Shown here: piece after piece, positions 62,234 through 64,000 of the stretch
Layout of the letters: each line of letters opens with the position of its first letter
Position numbering within the stretch: position 1 is the first letter of the stretch
DNA from: a phage
DNA length: 64,000 bases
Sequence record: PZ452596.1
Strand: one strand, 5' to 3'
Notes under the pieces: generated by a model
Seen by the model: only the letters and a program-made list of their open reading frames with translations
What the model was told of the DNA's origin: nothing
Databases searched by the model: none
Made by a program: the position numbers and the translations under genes

Positions 62234-64000
62234 TCAGCCAAACAGGAAGTCTAACGAAGCTTTTTCTTCATAGTCCATACCAGCCGATTCACACATGCCT
62301 GCAAGCGGTTTAACAAACGATTTTTGGAACAAAGTTGAGTAGTCAATCCAAGACAGTACGTCAGAACGAATTTCTTTTGGAAGTTCTGTGCCCGACGGCC
62401 AAGCAATGCACTTGTCACCAAATGGATTTCCTTCACGCAATGGAAGAACCATTACTTTATTTCCATCCAAAATTGGAGCTACACCCAGACCACTAACAGC
62501 TCGACGATAAGTTAGCACACCACGAATATGGAACGGGCATTTAAATCCTGGCCAACCTTTATCATCATATTTCGCTATATCGTTCGCAGTTTTTACTTCA
62601 GCAATAACTTTATAGTCAAGTTGACGATATTCTTTCTCGAAGTTCTTGTAATATTCTTGGACAGACTCTTCACCTTCCTGAAGAATACGACGAATACTTT
62701 CTTCAAGAGCTTCTTGCACTGCTTTAGGCGTTGAACTTTGCTGAGTTTCCATACCCATGATTTTTAGATGCGGTTCAGCAAATCGCTTATCTTCCATATC
62801 ATAAACGTTCAGAGCATAACGCTTTTTCGCTTTCCAAAATCCGCCAATGCCCTTTGAACCAAGTGGAGGGCAAGAAATAGCTTCACGGTCCATATGCATC
62901 AGATGCTCGCGGTTATTCATATAATCACATAACTCACGATATGCAACATCAATCATAGGTTCCATCTTTTTCTTACCAAACTGATTCATGAATTCAACTA
63001 AATCATTTTGTTCTTTAAAGCGGTCAAGACCTACTTTTTCAATTACTTTATCTACACAAACATATACCGAATCAGTATCACCTGCTGCAATGAAATCTTC
63101 GCCATTAGTTCCGCATACTTTATTCAGATATTCATTAATTTTACGAGCAATCCACTGAATACCAACTTGGCCGAAAATTGTGATAGCAGTAGCATTTCGC
63201 AAATCATAGTAACGAAAATGAATATTACCAAGAGCACCGTAAAGACTGTTAATAAGAATTTTACGGTTCAGCTGATTTGTGTTAGCAAGTGTAGCTGCTT
63301 TTTCACATTCTTCAATCAAACTATTGAGAACAGATTCGGTGTAATTCGATAGTTCATTTAAGAAATCATCACTGAACTTAACATATCGTTCAACTTCAGG
63401 TTTAGTTGAACAAGACCCTGCGCCTTTCATAATAATCTTTTTAATAGCTTCGGCATTCATTTCTTCAGCGAACATTTTCTTTTTCCAGTCTTTACGCTGG
63501 AAAAATACTTTAGCGATTTCCTTTGGAATGATACCTTCTTGATGCTTATCATACATCCATCCATTCGGAGAACAAGAATATTCATCACTCGGTTTAGGAG
63601 CTGTTCCTGCGATATATTCATGAATTGGATGAACTTTAAACTGCCCACGAATAGTCTCAGGACTAATGTTAACCTGACGAATAATGCTCGGATACAGAGA
63701 CGTCAAGTCAAAACTCATAATGTATCGACGAGCAATCGGTTTAGGTTCAAACACAAATGCACCCGGAAAACTTTGTTTAACGTGCGAACCTTGTTGAGGA
63801 ATAACCTTATGTTCACCTTTCAATGAGTTAAAAATAATAGCATCCCAAGTTTTAATAGGACTCATTACACCAGAAAAAGGCATTTTAGCATAATAAGACA
63901 TACTTAAAACTAGATCGATAAACCCGCGAATTTTATCAATTGCTTGAACTGATTCTACGTCAATGATGTTATAACTAATGTATCGTTGATGATTAGTCTC
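62234..64000 (-). CDS. 43: DNA polymerase gp43, C-terminal part (gene continues past window end)
   Basis: family B polymerase motifs (SLYPSI, YGDTDS); frame stays open from 63901 to window end. Confidence 0.95.
   Translation of the reverse strand, partial: ETNHQRYISYNIIDVESVQAIDKIRGFIDLVLSMSYYAKMPFSGVMSPIKTWDAIIFNSLKGEHKVIPQQGSHVKQSFPGAFVFEPKPIARRYIMSFDLTSLYPSIIRQVNISPETIRGQFKVHPIHEYIAGTAPKPSDEYSCSPNGWMYDKHQEGIIPKEIAKVFFQRKDWKKKMFAEEMNAEAIKKIIMKGAGSCSTKPEVERYVKFSDDFLNELSNYTESVLNSLIEECEKAATLANTNQLNRKILINSLYGALGNIHFRYYDLRNATAITIFGQVGIQWIARKINEYLNKVCGTNGEDFIAAGDTDSVYVCVDKVIEKVGLDRFKEQNDLVEFMNQFGKKKMEPMIDVAYRELCDYMNNREHLMHMDREAISCPPLGSKGIGGFWKAKKRYALNVYDMEDKRFAEPHLKIMGMETQQSSTPKAVQEALEESIRRILQEGEESVQEYYKNFEKEYRQLDYKVIAEVKTANDIAKYDDKGWPGFKCPFHIRGVLTYRRAVSGLGVAPILDGNKVMVLPLREGNPFGDKCIAWPSGTELPKEIRSDVLSWIDYSTLFQKSFVKPLAGMCESAGMDYEEKASLDFLFG

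Overview
This window is a contiguous piece of a T-even (T4-like, Tequatrovirus-type) coliphage genome, syntenic with T4 from cd/pseT to the 3' part of DNA polymerase gene 43 (truncated at the window end). All identifications are from reading the sequence and recalling T4 proteins; no database search was run. Layout: a minus-strand early/middle block (cd, pseT, alc, rnlA, denA, nrdB, nrdA, td, frd, 32, 59, 33, dsbA, rnh); the plus-strand late tail-fibre module 34-35-36-37-38 plus holin t; then a second minus-strand early block (asiA, arn, motA, 52, stp, ndd, denB, rIIB, rIIA, 39, MotB-region genes, dexA, dda, srd-like, modA, modB, soc, 56, 61, sp, dmd, 41, 40, uvsX, a glycosyltransferase, 42, imm, 43). 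Several loci look T2/T6-like rather than T4-like: td and nrdB are uninterrupted, gene 39 is one 606-aa ORF, gp37 has a C-terminal intramolecular-chaperone-like domain with a glycine-rich gp38 adhesin, and the beta-gt position holds a different GT-A-type glycosyltransferase. No rRNA, tRNA, CRISPR or transposon was found. I did not find one clearly new multi-gene system; the best candidates for undescribed biology are an extra 119-aa ORF between frd and td, a short 56-61 junction with no dam-sized gene and an antisense small membrane ORF, and duplicated 61.x-type genes with a 49-bp direct repeat beside sp and dmd. Also noted: the Stp peptide ORF (missed by the ORF track), a MotB-region paralog triplet, three predicted lipoproteins, and a dispersed family of early-promoter repeats.
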